Source of the DNA: Gemmataceae bacterium
GTDB lineage: Bacteria; Planctomycetota; Planctomycetia; Gemmatales; Gemmataceae
Direction of reading: 5' to 3'
Length of the DNA: 42,436 nt
Assembly: GCA_036745215.1 (NCBI GenBank)
Contig: DAIOGM010000007.1
Location: 1-42,436 of the forward strand
In this document: piece by piece, positions 32,416 through 40,354 of the stretch
Layout of the letters: each line of letters begins with the position of its first letter
Numbering within the stretch: position 1 is the stretch's first letter
The notes under the pieces: model-generated
Database searches by the model: none
What the model saw: the letters and a program-made list of their open reading frames with translations, nothing else
Told to the model about the DNA's origin: nothing
Translations under genes and position numbers: made by a program

Positions 32416-33276
32416 ATGAAAATCATCAAAGCCGACGTCCTCGGCATGTGCTTCGGCGTACGCGACGCGCTCGCCATCATCGATGAGGTCGAGCGTCCCG
32501 AACGGGTGACGATCCATGGCGAACTCGTTCACAACGAACGCGTCCTAGACGATCTCACCGAGCGCGGCTTTCAAATGATCGCGGAATCCAAACGCCGGCC
32601 ACTGCCCGTGACGGAAGCCGTCCTCATCACCGCGCACGGAGTCAGCGAAAAGGAACGCTCGCGACTGAAAGAAGCCGGCAAGCAAATCATCGATACGACC
32701 TGCCCGCTTGTGACGCGCGCTCACGACGCAGCCCAGAAACTGCAAGCCGACGGGTGCCATGTGCTCGTCATCGGCAAGCGCGGCCACGTTGAGGTGCAGG
32801 GAATCATCGAAGATCTGGCGAGTTTCGACGTGATCCAGTGCGCCGACGAGGTCCGTCAATATCCCCACGCCAAACTCGGCGTCATGTGCCAGACGACGAC
32901 GCCGGTGAGCCATGCCGATGCAATTCGTGCCTCAATCCAGGAGAAGAACGCGCACGCGGAGATTCGCTGGATCGACACGATTTGCCATCCAACGAAGGAT
33001 CATCAGAAAGCGCTCGAACGCTTGATGGACGAAGTCGAGGCGATGGTCGTCGTCGGCGGCCACAATTCCAACAATACCCGCCAGCTCGTCCTGCGTTGCC
33101 AGGCGAAGGGACTGCCTGCCTATCATGTGCAAGGCGCGGAAGATCTCAAGCCGGAATGGTTCGACGGACTCGAAACCGTCGGCCTCACCGCGGGCACCTC
33201 GACGCTCGATGAAACCATCGACGCGGTCGAGAACGCGCTTCAACACATGTACCTCTATCAGATTGCCGCTCTCTAA
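32416..33276 (+). CDS. ispH: 4-hydroxy-3-methylbut-2-enyl diphosphate reductase
   Basis: GMCFGVRDAL (Cys1), HGELVHN, ITAHGVS, DTTCPLVT (Cys2), IDTICHPT (Cys3), VVVGGHNSNNTRQL. 286 aa. Confidence 0.92.
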   Translation: MKIIKADVLGMCFGVRDALAIIDEVERPERVTIHGELVHNERVLDDLTERGFQMIAESKRRPLPVTEAVLITAHGVSEKERSRLKEAGKQIIDTTCPLVTRAHDAAQKLQADGCHVLVIGKRGHVEVQGIIEDLASFDVIQCADEVRQYPHAKLGVMCQTTTPVSHADAIRASIQEKNAHAEIRWIDTICHPTKDHQKALERLMDEVEAMVVVGGHNSNNTRQLVLRCQAKGLPAYHVQGAEDLKPEWFDGLETVGLTAGTSTLDETIDAVENALQHMYLYQIAAL

Positions 33277-33285
33277 TCGGTGGTA

Positions 33286-33323
33286 CGTTTAGCGTTCGCG
33301 TGGCGCCTCGCGAACGCTAAACG
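33286..33323. repeat. Family C hairpin (15-bp perfect stem CGTTTAGCGTTCGCG / CGCGAACGCTAAACG, loop TGGCGCCT), 10 nt after the ispH stop
   Basis: Checked by eye. Same orientation and same loop core as the 32360 copy. Confidence 0.9.
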
Positions 33324-33387
33324 CAAACCAATATTTACTTTGCGTTACAAAGTAGTTTGCTTCACCAAGCTTATGGAGGGATCCCAA

Positions 33388-34230
33388 ATGCTGGTTACCT
33401 GGTTCACCGGCTGGATGCACGACGAGAGTTCAACGCAAAACAACGACTTGCCGACGCCAAAGTCCTCGGCCGAGTGGCGCGACTATTTCATCGCCAACGG
33501 CGCAGAGCTCGGCGAAATCCGATGGAACGACGTCGCCATCACGCCGGAGGAACGCGCGGACATCGGCGAAAGCTTGGCCGCCTGGGCGCTCGGTGAATCG
33601 TCCGACGGCGCGCATCTCCGCGCTGCCGCCCGGCGCTATGGGGAGGACGCGGGCGATACTGATTTCGCGGCGGCGATCGATCTGTTCATCGCGGAGGAGC
33701 AACGGCATGGCGCGACGCTCGGCGCGTATCTCGATCACGTCGGCGTTCCGCGCAAGACTACAGATTGGGGCGACACGCTTTTTCGCGCTTGCCGATATTG
33801 GTTGCCGAACATGGAGACGTGGACGACGCCGGTGGTAATGGTCGAGACGCATGCGCTTGTTTTTTACAACGCGATTCGCCGCGCCACGAAATGCCCCGTG
33901 CTTCAACAAATCTGCAAACAAATCCTGGCGGACGAGATTCCCCACCTGCGTTTTCAATGCGAACGCCTCGCCCAGCTACTTCGCGATCGGCCGCGCTGGC
34001 TTTATGTGTTGACCATGCTGATGCACCGCATCTTCTTCACGGGCATCACGCTGGCGATCTGGGCCGCCCATCGCCGCGCGCTGCGGGCGGGCGGCTGCCA
34101 CTTCGGGAAATACTGGCGAAGCGCCTGGACCAAGATGAATCACATGTGGACGAAGATGGATCCGCGCGAATATTCCTGGCGCGAGGATCCAGCGACGTCG
34201 GTCGTCTTGCGATGCGCGGACTTACTTTGA
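33388..34230 (+). CDS. Ferritin-like di-iron-carboxylate fold protein
   Basis: GGAGGG lies 7 nt upstream of the ATG at 33388. Two E..H motifs, AEEQRH and ADEIPH, are spaced like di-iron helices. The maximal ORF start (33280) reads through the family C hairpin. Confidence 0.6.
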   Translation: MLVTWFTGWMHDESSTQNNDLPTPKSSAEWRDYFIANGAELGEIRWNDVAITPEERADIGESLAAWALGESSDGAHLRAAARRYGEDAGDTDFAAAIDLFIAEEQRHGATLGAYLDHVGVPRKTTDWGDTLFRACRYWLPNMETWTTPVVMVETHALVFYNAIRRATKCPVLQQICKQILADEIPHLRFQCERLAQLLRDRPRWLYVLTMLMHRIFFTGITLAIWAAHRRALRAGGCHFGKYWRSAWTKMNHMWTKMDPREYSWREDPATSVVLRCADLL

Positions 34231-35796
34231 AAGGGCGAATAGCGCTACGGTCAGCACGATGCCGTTGCTCATGCCGTGCGCGAACATCGACGGCAATAGC
34301 GATCCGCGCCACTCGCGCGCCAGGCTGAAGCCGAACGCCATGAACATCAGCGGGGGAATGACCGTGAGCCCTTGCGGATGCACTGCGGCGAAAATAAAGC
34401 TGACGACGGTGGTGCTCGCCAGCGCGCTCCAGAATGGTCGCCATCGGCCCGTCAACTCGCGACAATGGCGATGCAGTACGCCGCGGAACATGATTTCCTC
34501 GACGATGGGAGCGACGACGGACGCGAGCAAGAAGATTTGCAAGATGCCGAGCCAATCGGCGTCGGCGAGGACGTGTACGATGGGATGACTGGGCATCGAC
34601 TCGGAAGAGAAATCGGGCGGGCCATCGCCCTCTTCCGGCGCCGTGCCGATGCCTTGCAATTTCATCAGGCCAACCGTGATCGCCAAGCCGAGGACGACGA
34701 GCGGCAAATTGGCGATGTAACAGAAAACGCCGGCGGCGAATTCGACAAACGGATTGCGTTCGCATGTCAAGCCGATGTCGAGGCGCATTTGGCGCCAGGA
34801 GACGCCGCGGATCATTGGCCATCCGAGCGCCAGGAGGCTCGTCGGCATGGTGATGAGCGCCTGGGAAAGGCGAGGGAGCGGCATCGGCAGATACGCAATG
34901 CCAACGCTGGCGCCGAAAAACACCAGGAGCCACAGAGCGAACGTTTCCGCGTAGACGCCGCCATGAGCAATGCCGGTCTGGAGGCGCCAAATCACCATCC
35001 CCATCACGGCGTAAACGACGAAGCCAAATGCAAAGCACAGACCGAGCACGGCCAGCGCCAGGCCGAGCGAGGTCGCGCCGAGCAGAGCGATCGCGGTGAC
35101 GGTGGCGGGCCACATGGCGTCCTCGCGGCCTTTGAGCGGAGGCAATACGCGCAAAGCCGAACCTGCGATTGCACCGACGCTTTCCGCCTCGACCGGCACA
35201 CGAATGCGCGGATGCAGGGCCAGCTCGCTGAGCCAGCCGAGCCTTTCACCCAGGTAAGCGCGATCGTCGGCGCCAACCATGATGGTCGCGTAACGGCCCG
35301 CGGCATAGTCGGCGTAAAGACGGCGAAGGATGTTGCGCACTCGCGCTTGCGATGGCGTGAGCTGGCTATGGTTTTCTGACAGGAGTTGATCCAGAACATC
35401 CAGCCGTTCCAGGGCTTCCTGCGGCCCGACCATCTCGCCGGCCATCACGATGAAGCTGAGTCGTTGTTCGATGTTGCCCCGGTTCAGACCCTGAGCTTCT
35501 TCATACAAATTGGGCACGTAAGGCGCGATCCATCGATGCAAGCCAATGATGTAGCGCGCTTGAAGTTCGAGAATCAGATTTGGCTTGGGCGCAGCATCGG
35601 ACTCCTCGGTCGAGTTCATCGGCCACATGCGCGCACCGATCACGCCCGCAACGCCCAGCAAGATCACGGCCCATGACGTCCAGATCCATCCCGTCTTCTT
35701 CGGCGCCGTTTCAACAATCGGTTGTTCATCAGGTTGCGGCGGGAGCGGTTCCATGTTCCGGGGCTCCCTTCGATTGGTGGTTGGCTGATTCCGCAA
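34222..35796 (-). CDS. CPBP-family (CAAX/Abi) intramembrane glutamic protease with a large N-terminal extension
   Basis: APIVEEIMFRGVL (EExxxR), FAAVHPQG and FAHGMSNG motifs in a polytopic C-terminal half. An alternative start at 35754 is possible. Confidence 0.8.
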   Translation of the reverse strand: MRNQPTTNRREPRNMEPLPPQPDEQPIVETAPKKTGWIWTSWAVILLGVAGVIGARMWPMNSTEESDAAPKPNLILELQARYIIGLHRWIAPYVPNLYEEAQGLNRGNIEQRLSFIVMAGEMVGPQEALERLDVLDQLLSENHSQLTPSQARVRNILRRLYADYAAGRYATIMVGADDRAYLGERLGWLSELALHPRIRVPVEAESVGAIAGSALRVLPPLKGREDAMWPATVTAIALLGATSLGLALAVLGLCFAFGFVVYAVMGMVIWRLQTGIAHGGVYAETFALWLLVFFGASVGIAYLPMPLPRLSQALITMPTSLLALGWPMIRGVSWRQMRLDIGLTCERNPFVEFAAGVFCYIANLPLVVLGLAITVGLMKLQGIGTAPEEGDGPPDFSSESMPSHPIVHVLADADWLGILQIFLLASVVAPIVEEIMFRGVLHRHCRELTGRWRPFWSALASTTVVSFIFAAVHPQGLTVIPPLMFMAFGFSLAREWRGSLLPSMFAHGMSNGIVLTVALFALSK

Positions 35797-36082
35797 GGAC
35801 GCGCTCTTCCAGTTCGTTCAAACGCGGCAAACCTTGATCACCGTGCCCGCGCTGCAACTGATAAATTCCGGGCGGATCGAGCGTCTCGCCCGGAATCAGC
35901 AGGCATTTCTGATAACTTTCCCGGCCGCGCAGGAACCACTTCGACAAGCATTCCTCGCAGCACAGGCCGTAGGTCTTGAGTTCCTTGACGACGCCGTCCG
36001 ACCAGCGCGCGGCGATCTTGTATTGCGCGAGGTTCTTGCAGGACTTTGTGTAGCAGTAGATGGGATACGGCGGCATCGGCAT
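35729..36082 (-). CDS. Small Cys-rich hypothetical protein downstream of rnc
   Basis: 117 aa from MPMPPYPIYCYTKSCKNLAQYKIAARWSDGVVKELKTYGLCCEECLSKWF. Only this tail of the 305-aa track ORF is free of overlap with rnc. GC3 looks coding-like. Confidence 0.5.
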   Translation of the reverse strand: MPMPPYPIYCYTKSCKNLAQYKIAARWSDGVVKELKTYGLCCEECLSKWFLRGRESYQKCLLIPGETLDPPGIYQLQRGHGDQGLPRLNELEERVLAESANHQSKGAPEHGTAPAAT

Positions 36083-36102
36083 GAGGTTGGTTTCCGCTCG
36101 CT

Positions 36103-36831
36103 TCAATCGGCCTGAAACGGCACCGGCTCGCCGTTGATCATGGCCAGAGCGTTCATGGCCGCCTTTTGCTCCGCGTCCTTCTTCGTGCGGCCCCAGGCGG
36201 CGGCGTAATGATAACGGCCGATCACGGCGGAAATCTTGAAGCACTTCGAATGATCCGGGCCCTTTTCGTCCAGCAGATGGTACGCCGGCGTGGCGTTGAA
36301 CTCCTTCTGCGCCACCTGTTGCAAGAGGGATTTGTAGTTCCCCGCGTGCGCCGCCTCGGCCACTTCCTCGATTTCGGGATTCAGGTACTTGAGGATGAAC
36401 TCCTTGACCGGATCCAATCCGCCGTCGAGATACATCGCGCCGACGAGCGATTCGTAAACGTCCGCCAGCAGATTCGGCGGCAGCGTTTCTTGAAAATGCA
36501 TCCCCTTGCCCAGGAACAGGAAATCGCCCAGGTTGAGCAACCGGCTCATGCGAGCGCACGTTCGGCGACTGACGACGGCGGATTTGATCTTCGTCAAATC
36601 GCCTTCCTGATATTCGGGAAAGCGCAAGTACAATTGCTCGCAACAAACGAGCCCAAGCACGGAGTCGCCGAGAAACTCGAGACGTTCATTGGAGTCCTGG
36701 CGCGTGTCGGCGCCGGAAGTGTGCGTGAGGGCGGAACGAAGCAGCTCGATCCTCTGGAAGCGGTAGCCGATGATGTTTTGGCATTCTTCCAGGATCTCGG
36801 CTTCCCGAGACGTGGTCAATTCCTGCGGCAT
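36103..36831 (-). CDS. rnc: Ribonuclease III
   Basis: ALTHTS, NERLEFLGDSVLGLV catalytic signature, and a C-terminal dsRBD (GPDHSKCFKISAVIG......GRTKKDAEQKAA). The stretch from 36832 to 36909 is AT-richer, so the start is taken at MPQELTT. Confidence 0.9.
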   Translation of the reverse strand: MPQELTTSREAEILEECQNIIGYRFQRIELLRSALTHTSGADTRQDSNERLEFLGDSVLGLVCCEQLYLRFPEYQEGDLTKIKSAVVSRRTCARMSRLLNLGDFLFLGKGMHFQETLPPNLLADVYESLVGAMYLDGGLDPVKEFILKYLNPEIEEVAEAAHAGNYKSLLQQVAQKEFNATPAYHLLDEKGPDHSKCFKISAVIGRYHYAAAWGRTKKDAEQKAAMNALAMINGEPVPFQAD

Positions 36832-36913
36832 GATACAAGCGTAGTCCAAAACTTTTGGGAATTCTATGGTGACGTTACCATTCTCATGGGCGATTGTCAA
36901 CCAAACCATTCCA

Positions 36914-37846
36914 TCACGACGCGCGTAAAGACGCCACGGTTCGCCTTAATCCTTCGAGGAACGTCACGGCCGGTTCGTAGCCGAGATCTTGGCGAGCGAG
37001 CGCGATGTCGGCCTGCGAATGGCGCACGTCGCCGGCGCGGGCGGGACCGTGGATCGGTTCCAGTTTCGTGGCGAGAATCGTGTTCAGGTGGGCGACGAGC
37101 TGAAGGATCGTCGTCGTCTCGCAGTTGCCGATGTTGTAGACCTTGCCGATCGCGTTCGCGGCGTCGGCGGCGCGCGTCAATGCTTGCACGGCGTTATCGA
37201 CGTAGGTGAAATCCCGCGATTGCAGGCCGTCGCCTTGCACATTGGGACAATTGCCTTCGAGCATGCCAGCGATGAACAACGCGATGACGCCGGTGTACGG
37301 GCTGCGCGCATCCTGCCGCGGGCCGAACACGTTAAAGAATCGGACGCGCACGGTCTCCAGGCCGTAGACCGTTGTGAAACTCTGGCAATACATTTCGCCG
37401 GCGAGCTTCGACGACGCGTACGGCGACAACGGCGCCAGCGGATCGGTCTCCCTGCGCAACGATCCCGGCGTGCCGCCGTATGCGCTGGAGCTGGCGGCGT
37501 AAATCACGCGACGAACGCCCGTTTGCCGGGCGGCGTCGAGCACGCTCAAGGTGCCGGTCGCGCAAACGTCGTGCGTTGTCATCGGATCGACCAGGCTGCG
37601 CGCGACGGATGGCAACGCGGCCAGATGAAACACGACTTCGCAACCGGCGATCGCCGGACGCAGCACGGTTGAGTCGTTGATGTTACCCTGGATGAAGTCG
37701 ATCTTGCTGGCGAAGGGCGCCAGATTGCTCGCCTTGCCGGTGGCGAGATTGTCGAGCACACGAACGCGCCAACCCTTGTTGACGAGATGTTCCACAAGAT
37801 GCGAGCCGATGAAGCCCGCGCCGCCGGTGACCAGACATTGTCGCAT
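36914..37846 (-). CDS. NAD-dependent nucleotide-sugar epimerase/dehydratase (extended SDR)
   Basis: VTGGAGFIGSHL Rossmann motif and YASSKLAGE (YxxxK). AAGGAGG lies 7 nt upstream of the ATG. Confidence 0.88.
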   Translation of the reverse strand: MRQCLVTGGAGFIGSHLVEHLVNKGWRVRVLDNLATGKASNLAPFASKIDFIQGNINDSTVLRPAIAGCEVVFHLAALPSVARSLVDPMTTHDVCATGTLSVLDAARQTGVRRVIYAASSSAYGGTPGSLRRETDPLAPLSPYASSKLAGEMYCQSFTTVYGLETVRVRFFNVFGPRQDARSPYTGVIALFIAGMLEGNCPNVQGDGLQSRDFTYVDNAVQALTRAADAANAIGKVYNIGNCETTTILQLVAHLNTILATKLEPIHGPARAGDVRHSQADIALARQDLGYEPAVTFLEGLRRTVASLRAS

Positions 37847-37885
37847 GATGGGCCTCCTTTCCGTTCGGTTATTGTATGTTTCACC

Positions 37886-37961
37886 AAGCCCAGAGGTGAG
37901 GTACTCCGAACCTCTGGGTTAAGTTGCTCTCATGGGTTCGGAGTACCTCACCCGTGGGCTT
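37886..37961. repeat. Family A full palindrome (27-nt arms, 2 mismatches, 22-nt loop) in the divergent epimerase / Wza-like promoter region
   Basis: AAGCCCAGAGGTGAGGTACTCCGAACC (37886-37912) against GGTTCGGAGTACCTCACCCGTGGGCTT (37935-37961). Confidence 0.9.
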
Positions 37962-38162
37962 CTGTCAAACTGGGAAAGAAGCGCAATTGCTTATCGAAAC
38001 GCTTGCTTTGATGTTGGCAACTGCGCGAATCTTGGGAATGCAGCTAACTCGACTCCATCGCCGGCGAACGAATGCCCGATCATGGGGACAGAGTCGGCGC
38101 GGCGCCGCAGTGCGCTCGATTTACATGCGCGCCGCTCCGCCCGGGTGCGAAGGAGTCTCACC

Positions 38163-39233
38163 ATGCGCGTTTCACCTGCCCGCGGATTTTTCGGGCTTTC
38201 GACGGCCTTGCTTGTCGCCGTCGCCGGCTGTAGTTCCACTTCTTCCCTGCCCGCCAGTGTGAGCGGGACTGCGCCATCCAAGCAATCCAAGGCCGACGAT
38301 ATTGCCTGGAAAAAAGCGCCGGCGGCGCCATCGACAGCACTGGCGCACGAGCAATGGCAGAACGCAGCCAAGCCGGCCGAGTCGATTCAGAAGACGACGT
38401 TCCAGGATAAGCAGCCAGCCGATGTCGAGATCCCGCCATTGCCGGAAGTGATGCAAAAGGAACCGCCGGTTGCCGTGAAGGTTCAACCAGTGTCCTTCCG
38501 ACATGGCGGCAGACACGCAGCAGCGCCGGTGGTGGCGCCGCCGGACGCGCCGAGCGAATACAACCTCGTAACGTTGCCGACGTATGTCATTCGGCCGCCG
38601 GATGTGCTGCTCATCGAATCGCAGAAGGGCCTGCTGACGCAGCCGATCCGCGGCCAGCACCTGGTGCGCGTGGATGGCACCGTTGGCCTTGGAATTTACG
38701 GGCCGGCGCTCGTGTCCGGACTCACGATTCAGAGGGCTCGCGAGGAAATCGCTCGCGTCATCGGCAAGAAAATCGAAGTCAAGTACGAGGATATCCTGGA
38801 TGGCCTGAGCGTAGATGTGCTCGCCTATAATAGCAGCGTGTATTACATCATCACCGACGGCGCCGGCCTCGGCGAGCAGGTCTATCGCTTCCCCGTCACC
38901 GGCAGCGAAACGGTGCTCGACGCGATCGCCAACATCAATGGCTTGCCGGTTGTTGCATCAACCAGGCGCATCTGGGTCGCGCGACGAAACAACGCGCCGG
39001 GCCACGACAGCATGCTGCCCGTCGATTGGAAAGGCATCACGCAATTCGGCGCGATGAACACGAACTGGCAAATCATGCCCGGCGATCGCGTCTATGTGCA
39101 GGCGGACCCAATGCGGCGCTTCAACAACAACCTCAGCAAGATGCTCGAGCCGATCGAACGCATCATGGGCGCGACGCTGCTCGGCAGCCAGATGGTGAAT
39201 TCGATCAAGTCGGGGACGGTCGGCTTTCGGTGA
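38163..39233 (+). CDS. Polysaccharide export protein (Wza-like: Poly_export + SLBB domains), lipoprotein
   Basis: GAAGGAG upstream of the ATG at 38163. LLVAVAGCSS lipobox. YVIRPPDVLLIES...VDGTVGLGIYGPALVSGLTIQRAREEI (Poly_export). RFPVTGSETVLDAIANINGL...IMPGDRVYV (SLBB). Confidence 0.8.
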   Translation: MRVSPARGFFGLSTALLVAVAGCSSTSSLPASVSGTAPSKQSKADDIAWKKAPAAPSTALAHEQWQNAAKPAESIQKTTFQDKQPADVEIPPLPEVMQKEPPVAVKVQPVSFRHGGRHAAAPVVAPPDAPSEYNLVTLPTYVIRPPDVLLIESQKGLLTQPIRGQHLVRVDGTVGLGIYGPALVSGLTIQRAREEIARVIGKKIEVKYEDILDGLSVDVLAYNSSVYYIITDGAGLGEQVYRFPVTGSETVLDAIANINGLPVVASTRRIWVARRNNAPGHDSMLPVDWKGITQFGAMNTNWQIMPGDRVYVQADPMRRFNNNLSKMLEPIERIMGATLLGSQMVNSIKSGTVGFR

Positions 39234-39242
39234 GATGGGGGG

Positions 39243-39288
39243 AATTGACAATTGACAATTGACAATTGACAATTGACAATTGACAATT
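39243..39288. repeat. Tandem heptamer AATTGAC x 6.7 (contains six TTGACA hexamers and six CAATTG palindromes)
   Basis: Read directly as aattgac repeated from 39243. It begins 10 nt after the Wza-like stop and ends 56 nt before the next ATG. Confidence 0.95.
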
Positions 39289-39343
39289 TCAAATGGAAGG
39301 AAGAAGTCGGGCTTCAACGAGTGACTTACGAGAGGATGACCAG

Positions 39344-39766
39344 ATGAAACTCATTTCAATCCGCATCGCCCTGGGCAGCATCCTCGTCCTGACGGCGGCG
39401 AACCTCGCATCGGCACAAACGTTGTTCAATCCCAATCCGACGATCAGCGCGCCGTATTCGCGACCGGCGCTGAGCCCTTATCTCAATCTGCTGCGCGGCG
39501 GCGATCCGGCGGCGAATTACTACCTCGGCGTGATGACGGAGTACGATCGCCGCTATCGCGAGTCGCGCATCGGATTGCCGGTCGAACAGCCGCAATACCT
39601 CGATCCGACCCTTGACGACCGAGCCGACCTCGACGTGAAAGATCGCCAACTGCCGCCAACCGGACACACGGCCGGCTTCATGATTTACAACTCGTTCTAT
39701 CGCGTGCCGAATCAAAGATCGTATATTCCTTACAATCCAGGGACGACGAGCAGGCTGTCGCGATAA
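39344..39766 (+). CDS. Small secreted hypothetical protein
   Basis: Signal peptide MKLISIRIALGSILVLTAANLASAQ. 140 aa with no recognisable domain. Confidence 0.55.
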   Translation: MKLISIRIALGSILVLTAANLASAQTLFNPNPTISAPYSRPALSPYLNLLRGGDPAANYYLGVMTEYDRRYRESRIGLPVEQPQYLDPTLDDRADLDVKDRQLPPTGHTAGFMIYNSFYRVPNQRSYIPYNPGTTSRLSR

Positions 39767-39793
39767 TCGTTGCACTCCGATTGCGCAAACAAT

Positions 39794-39828
39794 AAGCCCG
39801 CGGCGAGAACCGCGGGCTTTGTTGTTTT
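39794..39828. terminator. Bidirectional rho-independent terminator between convergent genes
   Basis: AAGCCCGCGG-cgagaa-CCGCGGGCTT. Preceded by CAAACAATA and followed by TTTGTTGTTTT. Confidence 0.7.
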
Positions 39829-39841
39829 CATTCGCATCGAC

Positions 39842-40354
39842 TCACGCGGTGCGATTCTTTCGTTTTCTGCGCCAGCCATAGAACGAGGCGAGGCCGACGC
39901 CGATGAACGCCGTCACAATGCTCGCGGGTTCCGGTGTGGCGGACGGCGGCGGTGGATCGATGGGGGGATCGATCGGCGGCACTTCGCCCTGACCGTCGGG
40001 CGGCGGCGGCGGCGGGGGTGGCGGCGGCGGGGGCGTATCGTCCGGCGGTTCGCCGTTGCCGTCCGGCGGCGGAGGCGGCGGGGGCGTGGGAGGCGGCGGC
40101 GCCTTGATAAAGAACATCGTCATCGCCGCTTCCAGCATGCTACGCGTCAAATCTTCGCGAACCGCTTCCCATTCCTTTTGCAATCCATTGACGAGTGCAC
40201 GACCGTCGCGCGACGACGAACCGGCCTCGTTGGCGATTGGGTTAACCTGGACGTCCGAAAATTCCGCACGGGCGTCGGCAACTTGAGCGAACAACAACGT
40301 TGTGGCGATGAGCGTCGCCGCGAAAATGCCTTGCCTGCTTCTCCTACCTTCCAT
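39842..40354 (-). CDS. PEP-CTERM sorting-domain protein with a long poly-proline linker
   Basis: GGGAGGAG upstream of the ATG. Signal peptide. PPPPTPPPPPPPDGNGEPPDDTPPPPPPPPPPPPDGQGE. C-terminal PEPASIVTAFIGVGLASFYGWRRKRK (PEP motif, TM helix, basic tail). Confidence 0.85.
   Translation of the reverse strand: MEGRRSRQGIFAATLIATTLLFAQVADARAEFSDVQVNPIANEAGSSSRDGRALVNGLQKEWEAVREDLTRSMLEAAMTMFFIKAPPPPTPPPPPPPDGNGEPPDDTPPPPPPPPPPPPDGQGEVPPIDPPIDPPPPSATPEPASIVTAFIGVGLASFYGWRRKRKNRTA

Noticed and set aside
34222-35796. The CPBP protease considered as the exosortase for the nearby PEP-CTERM protein.
   Set aside because: The EExxxR / FxxxH / H motifs are those of the CAAX/Abi family, not exosortase (EpsH), and the gene is 4 kb away in a different operon.
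36083-36646. Upstream 188 codons of the 305-aa track ORF 35729-36646.
   Set aside because: This part overlaps rnc in another frame and reads as Arg/Gly-rich junk. Only the tail from MPMPPYP (36082) is free of overlap and protein-like.
39243-39310. The TTGACA heptamers read as a functional stack of -35 boxes.
   Set aside because: I found no convincing -10 hexamer 16-18 nt downstream of the last TTGACA (GAAGTC region). The repeat is therefore reported only as a possible contingency or regulatory repeat.
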